DNA of 43,404 bases from a virus (Duplodnaviria > Caudoviricetes): positions 1-43,404 of the IMG/VR virus record IMGVR_UViG_3300030376_000853, one strand, 5' to 3'. A model generated the notes under the pieces. The model did no database searches, was not told where the DNA came from, and saw only the letters and a list, made by a program, of their open reading frames with translations. This document shows, in pieces, positions 9,505 through 20,255 of this stretch. The stretch's first letter is position 1, and every line of letters begins with the position of its first letter. A program made the translations under genes and the position numbers.

Positions 9505-10782
9505 ATGTACGATAAGAAGAAAACAATTAAAGGATATATGGGTGGAGGTTACATGAAGCCTATGAGTTATGCAAATGGTGGATACATACCCGGTTTATCT
9601 AGACAAATATTTGGAGTTGGATTAGATAGAGATGTAAGAACAGCTCAGAAAGAACTTGAAGAAAACGCAAAAAAAATAGAGAAAGAAAATAGGTTTAGAA
9701 ACTTATTAGGAAAAGTAGGTAGTATTGGAGGTAGTATGCTTGGAGCGGCACTAGCCGCACCTACTGGGGGATTATCTGTACTTGCTGGTAAAGCTATAGG
9801 AACAGGTGTAGGTAAAGCTTTAGGTGAGGTAGCAGGTGGTTCTTTTGTAGATACTGAAAACCTTAAAAAGTCTTCTACTGGTTTATATAAAGATGATTTT
9901 GACTACCTAAAAAAACAAGGGCAAAAAGCTCAAGACTTTGGAAGTTTAGTTGAGCGTGCTATTGGAAGTGGTGCGGCTACTTATGCTGGAGGTAAGTTTA
10001 CAGAAGGAGTTGGTCGTGCTAAAGATTATTTTACAGGAACAGAACTTGACTTAGGAGAAATTGCTAGTGAAGACTTACTTACAAAAGATGGAATAGCTAG
10101 AGCTACTGGAATAGGTGAAGATAGTTTTGCAGAAAGAGTTAGGAGTCAAGCGTTATTAGATAATCCTGAACTAGCAGAAGAATTTTCAGGGGCAGGTCTT
10201 GATTTAGTAGATATGCCAGAAAGTGATTTTGTAGATTTATCAGCTCCGTCAATTGCTGATAGTCAAATGGCAGAATTAAACAGGTTAAAAGAGCTTCAAT
10301 TATCGCCTGAAGGAAGAGCTAAGTATGAATCTTTAACTTCAAATCCTGTAATGTCCTACGAGGAAAGCCTTAGAGGTTCAGATAGATTAGGCAGGTTAAA
10401 CACTACAATAGCAGATATTAATGAAGCAAAAGTATTGAGAAATCAAACTAGTGCCAGAAGCCTTAATAACTTTATAAAAGAATTTGGAGACATTCCAAGT
10501 GCACAGAAATATAGAGATAGAGCTTCAAACTTTGCAGATATAATACAAAGACTTGAGTCCGAGCTTGAACCTAATACAGGAGAACAAAGACCTTTAGTTT
10601 CTTTGCAAGAGTTATTACAACAATACCCAGAACAATCTTCTCTATCTGGAGACTCTAGTAATTTAGATTTTATAGAAGCTAGTATGAGAAGACAAAGAGG
10701 TTATGCTGAGGGTGGATACGTAGAAGAATATAAAGGTGGTGGATTAATAAATATGAACTCATATGCAAGGAGGATTCTGTAA
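9505..10782 (+). CDS. Internal virion (ejection/pilot-like) protein
   Basis: Gly/Ala-rich glycine-zipper segment; repeated YxxGG motifs; position after the tail genes. Confidence 0.6.
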   Translation: MYDKKKTIKGYMGGGYMKPMSYANGGYIPGLSRQIFGVGLDRDVRTAQKELEENAKKIEKENRFRNLLGKVGSIGGSMLGAALAAPTGGLSVLAGKAIGTGVGKALGEVAGGSFVDTENLKKSSTGLYKDDFDYLKKQGQKAQDFGSLVERAIGSGAATYAGGKFTEGVGRAKDYFTGTELDLGEIASEDLLTKDGIARATGIGEDSFAERVRSQALLDNPELAEEFSGAGLDLVDMPESDFVDLSAPSIADSQMAELNRLKELQLSPEGRAKYESLTSNPVMSYEESLRGSDRLGRLNTTIADINEAKVLRNQTSARSLNNFIKEFGDIPSAQKYRDRASNFADIIQRLESELEPNTGEQRPLVSLQELLQQYPEQSSLSGDSSNLDFIEASMRRQRGYAEGGYVEEYKGGGLINMNSYARRIL

Positions 10783-11864
10783 TGCCAGATACAGTACCAG
10801 CAATGTTAGAACCCGGTGAATTCGTTATCCGTAAAGATGCCGCTGAAAAAATAGGAATGAAAAATTTAGAAATGTTAAACAACGCAGACAGGTTAGAGAG
10901 TGGTACTTCAGCTATAGATGAGTTAATAGCACTTAGTACGCTTAGTGGCTCACAACAAATGATGGGTGGTGGCAATGTAAAGAAGATGCCTCAGTCTGGA
11001 TATATGCAAGAGGGTGGTAGCGTAGATGACCCTTTAGAAATAGATATGAGACAAAGGTCAAATAATGTACAAGCTATAGGTGTAGCAAGACCAGACTCTG
11101 ATGAAAGAATATTAAAAGACTTAGCTAGGATGCAGGAAGATATAAGTTTACTTCAGTTTGTAAAACCTAGATACCCAAAAGCTAGTTCATTCAATGAATA
11201 TAGACGTATGAAGGAAGAGTCCGGTGATATGATGAGTATGGATGAAATGATGGAGGTTTTAAATAGAGCGGCAGGTGCTACTCAAAACAAGTTTAAAGTT
11301 AAAGGTTATGATAACGGTGGTCAAGTTTACTCTTATGGTAGTGGTGAAACAAGTGTCCCCACCTTAGCTGATTTATATGAGCAAATGGGAGTACAACCAA
11401 TAGATAAACAAAAAGAACGTTTTGAAAGTTTATTTACTTATGACCCTAGTAGAGAAGAAACAATAGTTGACGAGTTTCAATCTGGAGTTGAATCTTTACG
11501 TGAAGGAGCTGGAAGACAATTAGGACAAGCTCGAATGGCTTCAGAAGCTAGTGGTGCTGGGTTTGCTGGATTTGGGGAACGTGACAGAATGATGTCTAAT
11601 TTATCTATGGATATTGAAAATAAAGCAACTAGAGGATTAGAATCTGCTAGAAGAGGATTATTTGAAGATATAAGAACTCAAAGAGATAGGTATATGTCAG
11701 ATGCTATAGGAGGATTATCTGAACTAGAAAGAGCAGAAGGAACTACAATAAGCACACCGCAACAACCTCCTGAAAACCCCGGCATGATTTTTGAAATAAA
11801 AGAAGGTGCTGACGGAAGAATGTATCGTTTTACTTTTAATGGTTGGGAGTATTATAGTGGCTAA
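10782..11864 (+). CDS. Internal virion protein with the VPAML.PGEFVI motif
   Basis: N-terminal DTVPAMLEPGEFVIRKDAAEKIG, a motif typical of tape-measure/ejection proteins. Confidence 0.6.
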   Translation: MPDTVPAMLEPGEFVIRKDAAEKIGMKNLEMLNNADRLESGTSAIDELIALSTLSGSQQMMGGGNVKKMPQSGYMQEGGSVDDPLEIDMRQRSNNVQAIGVARPDSDERILKDLARMQEDISLLQFVKPRYPKASSFNEYRRMKEESGDMMSMDEMMEVLNRAAGATQNKFKVKGYDNGGQVYSYGSGETSVPTLADLYEQMGVQPIDKQKERFESLFTYDPSREETIVDEFQSGVESLREGAGRQLGQARMASEASGAGFAGFGERDRMMSNLSMDIENKATRGLESARRGLFEDIRTQRDRYMSDAIGGLSELERAEGTTISTPQQPPENPGMIFEIKEGADGRMYRFTFNGWEYYSG

Positions 11865-11935
11865 CGAATGTATACGTGAAGTCCTGAAAGTCAATCGTGA
11901 AAATTTCAACAATAACTAGTATTTAAGGAAAAAAT

Positions 11936-13753
11936 ATGGCAAGAGTATTAACAAGAAGCAATAGACCTATAGTAATTCAAGAACCTCAAAGTGGTCTTGA
12001 TACATTCCTTACAGAGATAGCTAAGTATGCTAGTCCTGAATACCAACAGCAACAAAAACTAAATGAACGTGCAGATGCTAGGTTTGAACTAGAAAAACAA
12101 CAAGTTAGTGACGCTAGGCAAAAATACATTAATCAACAGGCTGAAAAAAATCAAGAAAGAATCCTTGAGCAAACAAGGTATAATGAAGCAAAAAGAATAC
12201 AAGATTCAGAAAGAAAATATGTGTCAAGTGAAAGACTTAAAAAACAAATAGATGAAGAATTAAGTAGCCTTCCTATTTCTAGCTTTCAAGAAGATGGTAG
12301 CGTTAATACTTTTAACTCTATTATTAAAAGCATAATACCATCTGAAAGCAATGATGAGTTTGGAATAGGAGATATGGGTATTGAATATAGTCAAAATAAA
12401 TACAATAAAAAGAAAATATTATCTGATAATGCTTACGCTCAAGCAGATATGTATAAACCTAATTTCCCTGAACTGACTAGAGACCAGTTAGCTAAGTCTA
12501 TATCTAGTGGTGATGTTGTTGATTTAATATCTAATAAAATAGATAAACAAGGAAGTTTAACTGATATTGAAAAAGATGAATTAAAAGGTCTTCATAGTAA
12601 AGTAAAAAACACTCTTGAAATTATTGGAAAGTCTCAAGAACAATTAGATGGACTAGACCCAAGTGAAGACGGAGGTCTTTATAATTCTATCACATCAAAT
12701 ATAAATAGATATAGAGAAGACATTAACTCATTTCAAAGAAATATTAATTCTATATACTCTAGAGCAAATCAAAAAGAGTTTTCAATCGTTGATGATAATC
12801 AAGATTTTTCTGGAGCTAATTTAGATATAGGAGAACTAAATCCAAAAAATTTAACAGATAATAGAACTTCATTTGAAGACTTTGAGGATTCATTTGCTGA
12901 TGAACTTGCATTTTTAGAAGATGATAATATATTTATATCTGAAGAACAAGAAGGTAGGCAGTTATCTGATTCCATTGATGAAGTGCTTGCTAATTCAAAA
13001 TCAGTTAAAAATGAAGATGCTCCTTTTCTAGACTTTGATAATCCATTAAAAGAATATGAGGGTTTTGAGTTTCCAGAAGAAACAATACCAGCAATATCAG
13101 AACAAGATTTTTTATCTGCAGTAAATTCTGGAGAAATAAAAACAGAACAAGAAGCACGAGAAAAAATATTTGGTAAGGAAACAGAGCTACCTTCATTTGT
13201 ACCTGAAATATTAAAAGCTAATCAGAATAAACTACCTGCTTTTAATAACAATGGAAGTGAAAGTAAAACACCTATACCTGACAGGTTTTTATATCCACCA
13301 GAATTAGTAAACCCTCTACAGCAATCTCAAGTTGTTGAGCCACCTATGGATAAAGAAGAAGAAAAAAGAATTAAGTCTATAGAAAGAAATCAAAGGCTTG
13401 CAAAAGCTGATGAATTTAATTTTAAAAATAGGCAAATAATAAATGTTAAAAATGGAGACCCTATTAATATCAGCAAAGCTGTAAGCTTAGTTTCTAAAAA
13501 TTTAAATAAAATAAATAAATTAAAAAACAATTATAATAAAAGTGAGGGTAATAAAAAATTAATTCTAGCTAAAGGAATTGCAAAAGAACAAAGCAAGATG
13601 AAAGAATTAATAAACGATTACATAGCAAATGACGGTACTTTTAAAGATGAAAAATTTGATGAAGATTTTTATAATAAACTTAGCTCTAGATTAAATATGA
13701 GTAGTTCTGAATTAAAAAAATTAATAAGTTTTAATATGGGATTAAATATTTAA
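11936..13753 (+). CDS. Internal virion protein (helical/acidic)
   Basis: 605 aa; AAGGA RBS; coiled-coil N-terminus. Confidence 0.55.
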   Translation: MARVLTRSNRPIVIQEPQSGLDTFLTEIAKYASPEYQQQQKLNERADARFELEKQQVSDARQKYINQQAEKNQERILEQTRYNEAKRIQDSERKYVSSERLKKQIDEELSSLPISSFQEDGSVNTFNSIIKSIIPSESNDEFGIGDMGIEYSQNKYNKKKILSDNAYAQADMYKPNFPELTRDQLAKSISSGDVVDLISNKIDKQGSLTDIEKDELKGLHSKVKNTLEIIGKSQEQLDGLDPSEDGGLYNSITSNINRYREDINSFQRNINSIYSRANQKEFSIVDDNQDFSGANLDIGELNPKNLTDNRTSFEDFEDSFADELAFLEDDNIFISEEQEGRQLSDSIDEVLANSKSVKNEDAPFLDFDNPLKEYEGFEFPEETIPAISEQDFLSAVNSGEIKTEQEAREKIFGKETELPSFVPEILKANQNKLPAFNNNGSESKTPIPDRFLYPPELVNPLQQSQVVEPPMDKEEEKRIKSIERNQRLAKADEFNFKNRQIINVKNGDPINISKAVSLVSKNLNKINKLKNNYNKSEGNKKLILAKGIAKEQSKMKELINDYIANDGTFKDEKFDEDFYNKLSSRLNMSSSELKKLISFNMGLNI

Positions 13754-16700
13754 TGGCTGAATTTAATACTAGAGAAGAAGTTGTAAGTGCATTTAGGACA
13801 AAAAATCCACAGTTTGCAAATATAGATGACAATAAAGTTTATAATTATGTTGTAAGTAATAAGCCTGAGTACGCTATTGAAAGTCGTGAAGAACAATATC
13901 AACTTAAACCTATTCCTTCCTTAGACGAATTAAAAAGAAAGGAAGGGAATCCAACTGAAAATAGTATACTAGATTCTAATCCAATACTTAATACACTTAA
14001 AGATGGATACAACAGGTCTCTTACTGGGATGACTCAAGCTCTTACAAGTAACAAGCAACAAGTATTTGACTTAAAAAACTACGACCCCAACATAGTTCAA
14101 GATATAGGGGCAGGATTAGTGTCTTTTTTTATGCCTTTAGATTTTGCAACCACTATAGGTGGTGGTGTAGTAGGTGGTGTAGCAGCTAAGTCAGCGGCTA
14201 AAGCTACTGTAAGAAAATATGTATTTAAAAAACTTGTAAACAATGGAGTAAAAAAAGCAACCGCTATTAAAAGTGCAAACTTAGCAGTTGCAAGAGCTCA
14301 AGCTGTAGGTGCAGGGGCAAACACATTAGGTTTATATCAAGGTGCTAACTCTGCATTATCTCAACAGTTAAAAAATGGAGATATAGAATTTAACAAAGTA
14401 GTTAAAGATTACGCTACAGGTAGTGCATTAGGAGCTATAACAGGTGGTACTAACTTAGTATTAAGTGAAAAGGGAGTTGGTGCATTAACCAGAGTAGGTG
14501 CAGATATAGGTATATTTACAGCTTCAGCACCATTAGCTAGAGGAGAAATATCAGCACCGACACCGCAAGATTTTATTAATTCAGCAGGTATGGTATTAGG
14601 ATTAAAAGGTGTAAGTAAAACATTTTCAGCAGGAAAAGATAAAATTTCTCCATATCTAGAAGACTATGTCAAGAATAAAAGACTTGGTTCTATGACAGTA
14701 ACAGATTTTTTATCAGCTCCAAAAGAAAAAAGAGAAAGACTTATTGATGACCAGTTGACAAGTTTAAGCAATAGAAGAGATGTAGAGAATATATACTATA
14801 GAAAAAAAGGTGCTCCAGTTAAAATAACTGGGAGAGATGGTGATAAAATTTTTACTGAATCCTTAGATGGTGGCTCTAAATTTAAATCATATAATAAAAA
14901 ATATTTTGATGCTAATTTTAAAACAGAATCTTTTAGTAAAAACCCAGAGGTTGCTAGGTTAAAAACAGAAAGAGACATAAGAAAATTAGAAAAGCAACTT
15001 GGTATAAAAGAAAAAGATAAAGCTGTCAGTAGGTATGTAAACTCTGGTCTTGTTAAAAAAGAAACCTTAGATGAAGTTATGAAAAATACTAACTTAGGTA
15101 GAAAACCAGAGCTTAAAAAGTTTAATTCAAAAGCTATATTTACTTATAGAGATAGGTTGATGAAAGATTATGATTTAAAACTTACTCTTAAAAAATTAGA
15201 AAAGACAAAAATACTTACAAGCAAAGAGTCAAATAGTTTTTTCTTCGACACACTACTACCTAAAAAAGTAAGTAAACTTCTTGACCCATTTAGAGCTACA
15301 ATAAACCAAGGTTCAAATGCTTTAGCTAGGAGAATACATAATGCAGATATGTATAGGTGGGCAAAAGATAGTAGGGAAAGAAAAGCTAGTGGTTTATCGG
15401 CTATGAAAGAAATTGGCATACTAGATAAACCTACAAATAAAGATATACAATCTCTTGCCAGAGCACTTGGAAAACCTTTTAAGGAAGTATCTGCTAACTA
15501 TAATAAAAATCTTACTGAGGCTGTAAGAGCTGGAAAAACTGAAGTTCAACAAGTACTAAACATAAGAAGAATATACGATAAATTTCACAATGACGCTAGA
15601 ATAATAGGTGTTCCTGTTTCTGGTAAGCTACCTAATTATGTTCCTAATATAGCTAAAGAAGGTGTATCTGCAAAAATAATTAGAGATTTAGATAAAATTT
15701 CTAAAGAAGTGTATAAGACAGATAGAGATGCTAAAGAAAAATACGCAAACGCAACAGAGTTTTTTGATTACTTAGTAACCGCAATGATTGAACCAGATAA
15801 AATGGCTAGGCTTAATCCGGGAACAGCAAATATAATAGATACGGTTGTAAAAAATTCTCAAAATCTAATGAGTAAGGAAACTAGAAATGCTATAAACTAT
15901 GTTAGAAATGAAAACAAACAAAGCAAACTATCTTATTTTAAAGCATTAAGCGATGTAGGGAATGAGTTATATAGAGTTAAACACGGAAGAAGTGGTCACT
16001 TAGAGACAAGAAGAAAAAGAATACTTCCAGATACTTATTATGAAAATGATATAGTAAAACTTACAGCTAGATATGTTAGTGACGCTTCAAAAAGAACATC
16101 AGAAGTTAAGATATTTGGAAAAGGAACTGAGTATATAGACAAGCTATTAAAGAATAGAGATATAAGTCAAGTAGATAAGGATATAATAGCAGAGCTACAA
16201 GCTCACGTATCTGGTTCTATAAACTATCAAAGTCAATATTCTAAAGGTAGGATGGGAAATATTATAAGCCAACAAAACATTGATAGAATTTTATTTTGGA
16301 ATACAGCTACAAAAATTGGACTAGGTACAGCTACAGCTTTAAACTTAACTCAGCTCTTAACTTCAGCAGGTATGGAAGCAGGTTATGGTAGAATGCTTAA
16401 AGGTAGTTATAAGTACATAACTGATAAAAATTTTAGAAAGTTAGTTGATTCCTCTGGAGCAGACCTATATAAAATATCGCACGAACTAATGGGTTTTTCA
16501 AATTCTGAAACTTGGCTTAGGTCATTTGCTGATGTAACGACAAAGTTTTCTGGTTTTAATAGTATAAACTCTGTCAATAATGTTATAGCCGCATCTACAG
16601 CTAGTGTCTTTGTAGATGACTTAATAAATATAGTACAAAAAGGTGGCACCTTAAGGCTAGGAAACTTATCTAGAAAAAAACAAGTTGCTTGGGCAAAAAA

Positions 16701-17607
16701 TAAATTAAGTGTTTTAGGTATAGATATAAAAGATGTCCAGAAAAAAGGTAGGTTAAGTAACAAAAAAAGATTAGAAGTAATGGGTTCTTTTGCTGGTAGG
16801 ACACAGCTACAAAGAGATTTACTTCAAGACCCTTTGTTTTTAAATAGACCATCTCTAAGATTGTTTACTCAGTTTAAAACATTTGGAGTTAGAAACGCTA
16901 ACTATATGACTAAGTCAATAGAAAATGATTTATATAATTACAATTTTATGCCTTTACTAAGATTAGCGGCAACAGGAATAGCTGGTGCAGGTATAGCTTT
17001 AAAAGCAAAAGAAAAAATTAAAAACTTTTTTTCGGGAGAAGAGTCTTATGAACCTGAAAAATTTATTAATACAGATGGTAAAGAAATCATAGAAGCTATC
17101 TCTTCAGTTGGTGCATTTGGTTGGTTTTCCTCTGTACTATCTCCATTAATAGAAGATGGTAAAGGATTTGGTTTTGTAGATACGGCTAAGTTTTTAACTC
17201 TTCCAGCTTTCTGGTCTGATATTGAAAACGCATTTAAAATATTATCTTCTATGGAAAAAGATTTTTCTAACTATAAAGGAGAAGCTATAACTAGAGTACC
17301 AAATAAACTACTTAAGTTAACTAACTCACCTATAGGTAGAGATATAGCTAAAGCAGTAGAGACTAAAGGATTAAAAGAGGGAAGAATTAAATCTTTAAGG
17401 TCAAGAAGATTAGGTGATTTAAGAAGTGCTCTTATAGAAGATAGAGGTTCTGAAGCTAGGGCAAAAGCAAAGCAAGATATTAGAGATTGGAATAGATACA
17501 TATCAAGTTTACCTGCTTACTATAGAAAGTATAGACTAGCTCCAACAGATATTAGAATAGAAGAAATTATAAAAGCTATAAAAAGAAAAAGGGAAAAAGA
17601 AGTTTAA
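13753..17607 (+). CDS. Large internal virion (ejectosome-like) protein
   Basis: 1284 aa; Gly/Ala hydrophobic N-terminal region and basic helical body; largest gene of the late arm. Confidence 0.6.
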   Translation: MAEFNTREEVVSAFRTKNPQFANIDDNKVYNYVVSNKPEYAIESREEQYQLKPIPSLDELKRKEGNPTENSILDSNPILNTLKDGYNRSLTGMTQALTSNKQQVFDLKNYDPNIVQDIGAGLVSFFMPLDFATTIGGGVVGGVAAKSAAKATVRKYVFKKLVNNGVKKATAIKSANLAVARAQAVGAGANTLGLYQGANSALSQQLKNGDIEFNKVVKDYATGSALGAITGGTNLVLSEKGVGALTRVGADIGIFTASAPLARGEISAPTPQDFINSAGMVLGLKGVSKTFSAGKDKISPYLEDYVKNKRLGSMTVTDFLSAPKEKRERLIDDQLTSLSNRRDVENIYYRKKGAPVKITGRDGDKIFTESLDGGSKFKSYNKKYFDANFKTESFSKNPEVARLKTERDIRKLEKQLGIKEKDKAVSRYVNSGLVKKETLDEVMKNTNLGRKPELKKFNSKAIFTYRDRLMKDYDLKLTLKKLEKTKILTSKESNSFFFDTLLPKKVSKLLDPFRATINQGSNALARRIHNADMYRWAKDSRERKASGLSAMKEIGILDKPTNKDIQSLARALGKPFKEVSANYNKNLTEAVRAGKTEVQQVLNIRRIYDKFHNDARIIGVPVSGKLPNYVPNIAKEGVSAKIIRDLDKISKEVYKTDRDAKEKYANATEFFDYLVTAMIEPDKMARLNPGTANIIDTVVKNSQNLMSKETRNAINYVRNENKQSKLSYFKALSDVGNELYRVKHGRSGHLETRRKRILPDTYYENDIVKLTARYVSDASKRTSEVKIFGKGTEYIDKLLKNRDISQVDKDIIAELQAHVSGSINYQSQYSKGRMGNIISQQNIDRILFWNTATKIGLGTATALNLTQLLTSAGMEAGYGRMLKGSYKYITDKNFRKLVDSSGADLYKISHELMGFSNSETWLRSFADVTTKFSGFNSINSVNNVIAASTASVFVDDLINIVQKGGTLRLGNLSRKKQVAWAKNKLSVLGIDIKDVQKKGRLSNKKRLEVMGSFAGRTQLQRDLLQDPLFLNRPSLRLFTQFKTFGVRNANYMTKSIENDLYNYNFMPLLRLAATGIAGAGIALKAKEKIKNFFSGEESYEPEKFINTDGKEIIEAISSVGAFGWFSSVLSPLIEDGKGFGFVDTAKFLTLPAFWSDIENAFKILSSMEKDFSNYKGEAITRVPNKLLKLTNSPIGRDIAKAVETKGLKEGRIKSLRSRRLGDLRSALIEDRGSEARAKAKQDIRDWNRYISSLPAYYRKYRLAPTDIRIEEIIKAIKRKREKEV

Positions 17608-18551
17608 TGTCTAGTATAAAAGATTATTTAAATACATCAGCTCCTTCTTCTACAGGAGTACATAGCAATATAGATAACTTAATATTAGAAGCAGAGTTAA
17701 ATAAGTTTGATAAGACTGGTGTTATGTACGCAGATAAGAGAGGTCAGTATGTAGGTGGCGTAGACCCTGTTGTAGAGAACGTAGCTATGTCTCCTATACT
17801 TACACTGAAAAGCTTAGGTGATGTAGGTAGAAAAATATTAAGTAAGACTGGCTTACGTAACCCTGTATCCCATCATACATTTGGTTCAAATGCTTTAAAT
17901 ATATTAAAATCTAGAAATATTAAGGGAACAAGTTCACAGTTTCCGGGTAAGCCATTTAAAGAAAGCTTTGCTGATAAAAAAATAAGAGAACTTTATGGAA
18001 AAGGATTACCTTTAGAAAAATCTCCAGCAGTATCTGTTACTAGAGACCCTATGTTTACATCAAGACCCCATAGTAATATAGGCACAGATATTAAATTTGT
18101 ATTAGATAGAGATGCAATGGTTAAAAAGGGATTCAGCATAAAGCCATATGCTGAGACTAATTATAGAAAAACACTTACGGAAAGTCTCGATTTAGACCAT
18201 TATAAAGAAGTATTTGGTAAGTATGCAAAACAAATGAACCCTAGGTTCGAATTTGAAGAAAGAGTAAGAGGGAATATACCTATTGATAATGTTAAGTTAA
18301 TAGATATATTAAAATTTCCTAAATGGAAAATGGAAAAAGAATTACCAAGCGTACTTAGAAGAAAGTCTAATATTTTACACGAAATTTTATCGCAAGATAT
18401 ACCTATGGTTATGAGTAGTAAAGCTAAAGAACAAATATTAGATATGTTAAACAATAAAGAATTATTAACTAATAGGGAAATTAAAAAAATAATTAATACT
18501 CCTACGTATAATTTTGACCCTTTTAAAAGACGCACTCCACCTTTTTATTAA
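17607..18551 (+). CDS. Putative virion-delivered ADP-ribosyltransferase-like protein
   Basis: Ordered motifs SHHT / VSVTRD / FVLD / EFEER match the ART strand-1, S-x-S/T and E-x-E pattern; last late gene. Confidence 0.45.
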   Translation: MSSIKDYLNTSAPSSTGVHSNIDNLILEAELNKFDKTGVMYADKRGQYVGGVDPVVENVAMSPILTLKSLGDVGRKILSKTGLRNPVSHHTFGSNALNILKSRNIKGTSSQFPGKPFKESFADKKIRELYGKGLPLEKSPAVSVTRDPMFTSRPHSNIGTDIKFVLDRDAMVKKGFSIKPYAETNYRKTLTESLDLDHYKEVFGKYAKQMNPRFEFEERVRGNIPIDNVKLIDILKFPKWKMEKELPSVLRRKSNILHEILSQDIPMVMSSKAKEQILDMLNNKELLTNREIKKIINTPTYNFDPFKRRTPPFY

Positions 18552-19879
18552 AAAGGATTAGGCGTACCTCTTACTCCATCCCCTCTATTATTAGCCATAG
18601 CTACAGCTTCTTGCTCTGAGTCTGTTACTGTACAACTGTTACCGTGATAACCTACCTCACAAGAATTAGTTTGTCCATATCTATTCTTAGCTACTATAAG
18701 CTCTAAGTAGCAATCACTATTACCATCATCACCATATCTAGATACCCAAGGGTAATGAGAGAATACTACTATCTCTGCGTCTTGCTCTAAGTTACCAGAC
18801 TCTGCTAGGTCAGATAACCTAGGTACTCTGTCATTTCTATGTTCCATATTCCTATTCATCTGAGATACTAATATAACAGACATATCTTCTGACTTAGCTA
18901 ACCACTTGTAGTTTCTACTTACATCTCCTATCTTAAGTCTTAAGTCTCTTCTATCTTGAGGTGGATGCTCTATTAATCCTATGTGGTCATCAATAACTAC
19001 ATCTGGCTTTACTGCTTTTATCTCTCTAAATGTATTCTCCATATCCCTAACGTCATCAAACATAAATAACTTACCATTGTATAGTTCTGATATTTTTGCA
19101 GACACATCTTCTATTACTTTACTATCTATATCTATATTGTTACGAAGGTTTCTGTATTGTATAGCATCTGATTCCATAGCTAAAAACTTCTTCATCATCT
19201 CTGTGTTAGGCATCTCTCTATTAAACATAGCTACCTTCATACCTTGATGTACTAAATTCCTAGCTATATTAGCTGATACTGTAGTCTTTGCATTACCCGG
19301 TCTACCTGCTATAATAGTTATCTCACCTCTAGTCATACCAGTAATCACTCTGTCTAAGGTATGTATACCTGTCTGTATAAGAGTAGTAGAATTAAATATA
19401 GACTCTTTAGTTTTATCTAACAAACCATCTATATTAAAAGTCTTATTAGGTTGTAGCTTTATTATATTGCCTATTGTAGTATGAGCATCCTCTAGTAACC
19501 TATTAGTATCAAGTGAGCCATCGTTTATATCATTTGATATAGTATGCATTTGCTTATCTAGTATTCTCCTAAGATAGTAAGAGTGCAATCTCTTTGCATA
19601 TGTATTAGCTTTCGATGGAGAGATAACTTTTTCCAAGAACCCACTAATCTCATACATAGAATGATAACCATCCTTAGAAGAGCCAACCTCTTCACATACT
19701 GTATTTAAATCTATATCAATACCTCTGGAGTGTAGCTTGTCTAATGCTTTCCAAACCTTTTGATTGAACGATGAGTAGAAGAAGTCATCATCCGGTATCC
19801 ATTGTTTAACAGGGTCTATATACTCACTATCCTGTATTAAGCATCCTAACAATGCTTTCTCTAATTCAACACTATTCAT
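18548..19879 (-). CDS. dnaB: DnaB-like replicative helicase
   Basis: N-terminal ELEKALLG, AGRPGNAKT, VSQMNR, PRLSDLAESGNLEQDAE, AKNRYG. Confidence 0.95.
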   Translation of the reverse strand: MNSVELEKALLGCLIQDSEYIDPVKQWIPDDDFFYSSFNQKVWKALDKLHSRGIDIDLNTVCEEVGSSKDGYHSMYEISGFLEKVISPSKANTYAKRLHSYYLRRILDKQMHTISNDINDGSLDTNRLLEDAHTTIGNIIKLQPNKTFNIDGLLDKTKESIFNSTTLIQTGIHTLDRVITGMTRGEITIIAGRPGNAKTTVSANIARNLVHQGMKVAMFNREMPNTEMMKKFLAMESDAIQYRNLRNNIDIDSKVIEDVSAKISELYNGKLFMFDDVRDMENTFREIKAVKPDVVIDDHIGLIEHPPQDRRDLRLKIGDVSRNYKWLAKSEDMSVILVSQMNRNMEHRNDRVPRLSDLAESGNLEQDAEIVVFSHYPWVSRYGDDGNSDCYLELIVAKNRYGQTNSCEVGYHGNSCTVTDSEQEAVAMANNRGDGVRGTPNPF

Positions 19880-19880
19880 A

Positions 19881-20255
19881 TTAATCCTTTAATTTTGGTG
19901 GTATCCTATCTAGGTTCTTTCTCTCATACTCTTGCCGTAGTAAATAACTTTTATTCTCATTTTTTATTACAGCAGATAAATACTTTATACCATAACCTTT
20001 ATCTACACCACTTTTTTTTGCAAACTTATTTATAGATTCAATAACAATGTTATCATCTATACCTTGTATCTCTGTAAGTAAACCACACATATCTACATCT
20101 TGTATGTTCCAATGAGTAGAGAGACTAGAAAATATTTTATCTACAGCCTCTAAAACTCTAGGAGACCTAGCTAATCTTAATCTCTCTAAGCTCAATGAAA
20201 CATCTTTCTTATTTATTGTGCCTTTACATAATGGACACTTAGCCACAGGAATCAC
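19881..20255 (-). CDS. DnaD-like/replication-initiator C-terminal-like protein
   Basis: IKYLSAVIKN resembles the YxxxIxxxW-type DnaD motif; N-terminal CPLC; adjacent to the helicase. Confidence 0.45.
   Translation of the reverse strand: MIPVAKCPLCKGTINKKDVSLSLERLRLARSPRVLEAVDKIFSSLSTHWNIQDVDMCGLLTEIQGIDDNIVIESINKFAKKSGVDKGYGIKYLSAVIKNENKSYLLRQEYERKNLDRIPPKLKD

Noticed and set aside
219-18535. Antisense ORFs in the track within late genes (for example 729-1022, 9076-9375, 16407-16763, 18200-18535)
   Set aside because: Shadows of well-supported + strand genes, with no RBS or recognisable motifs
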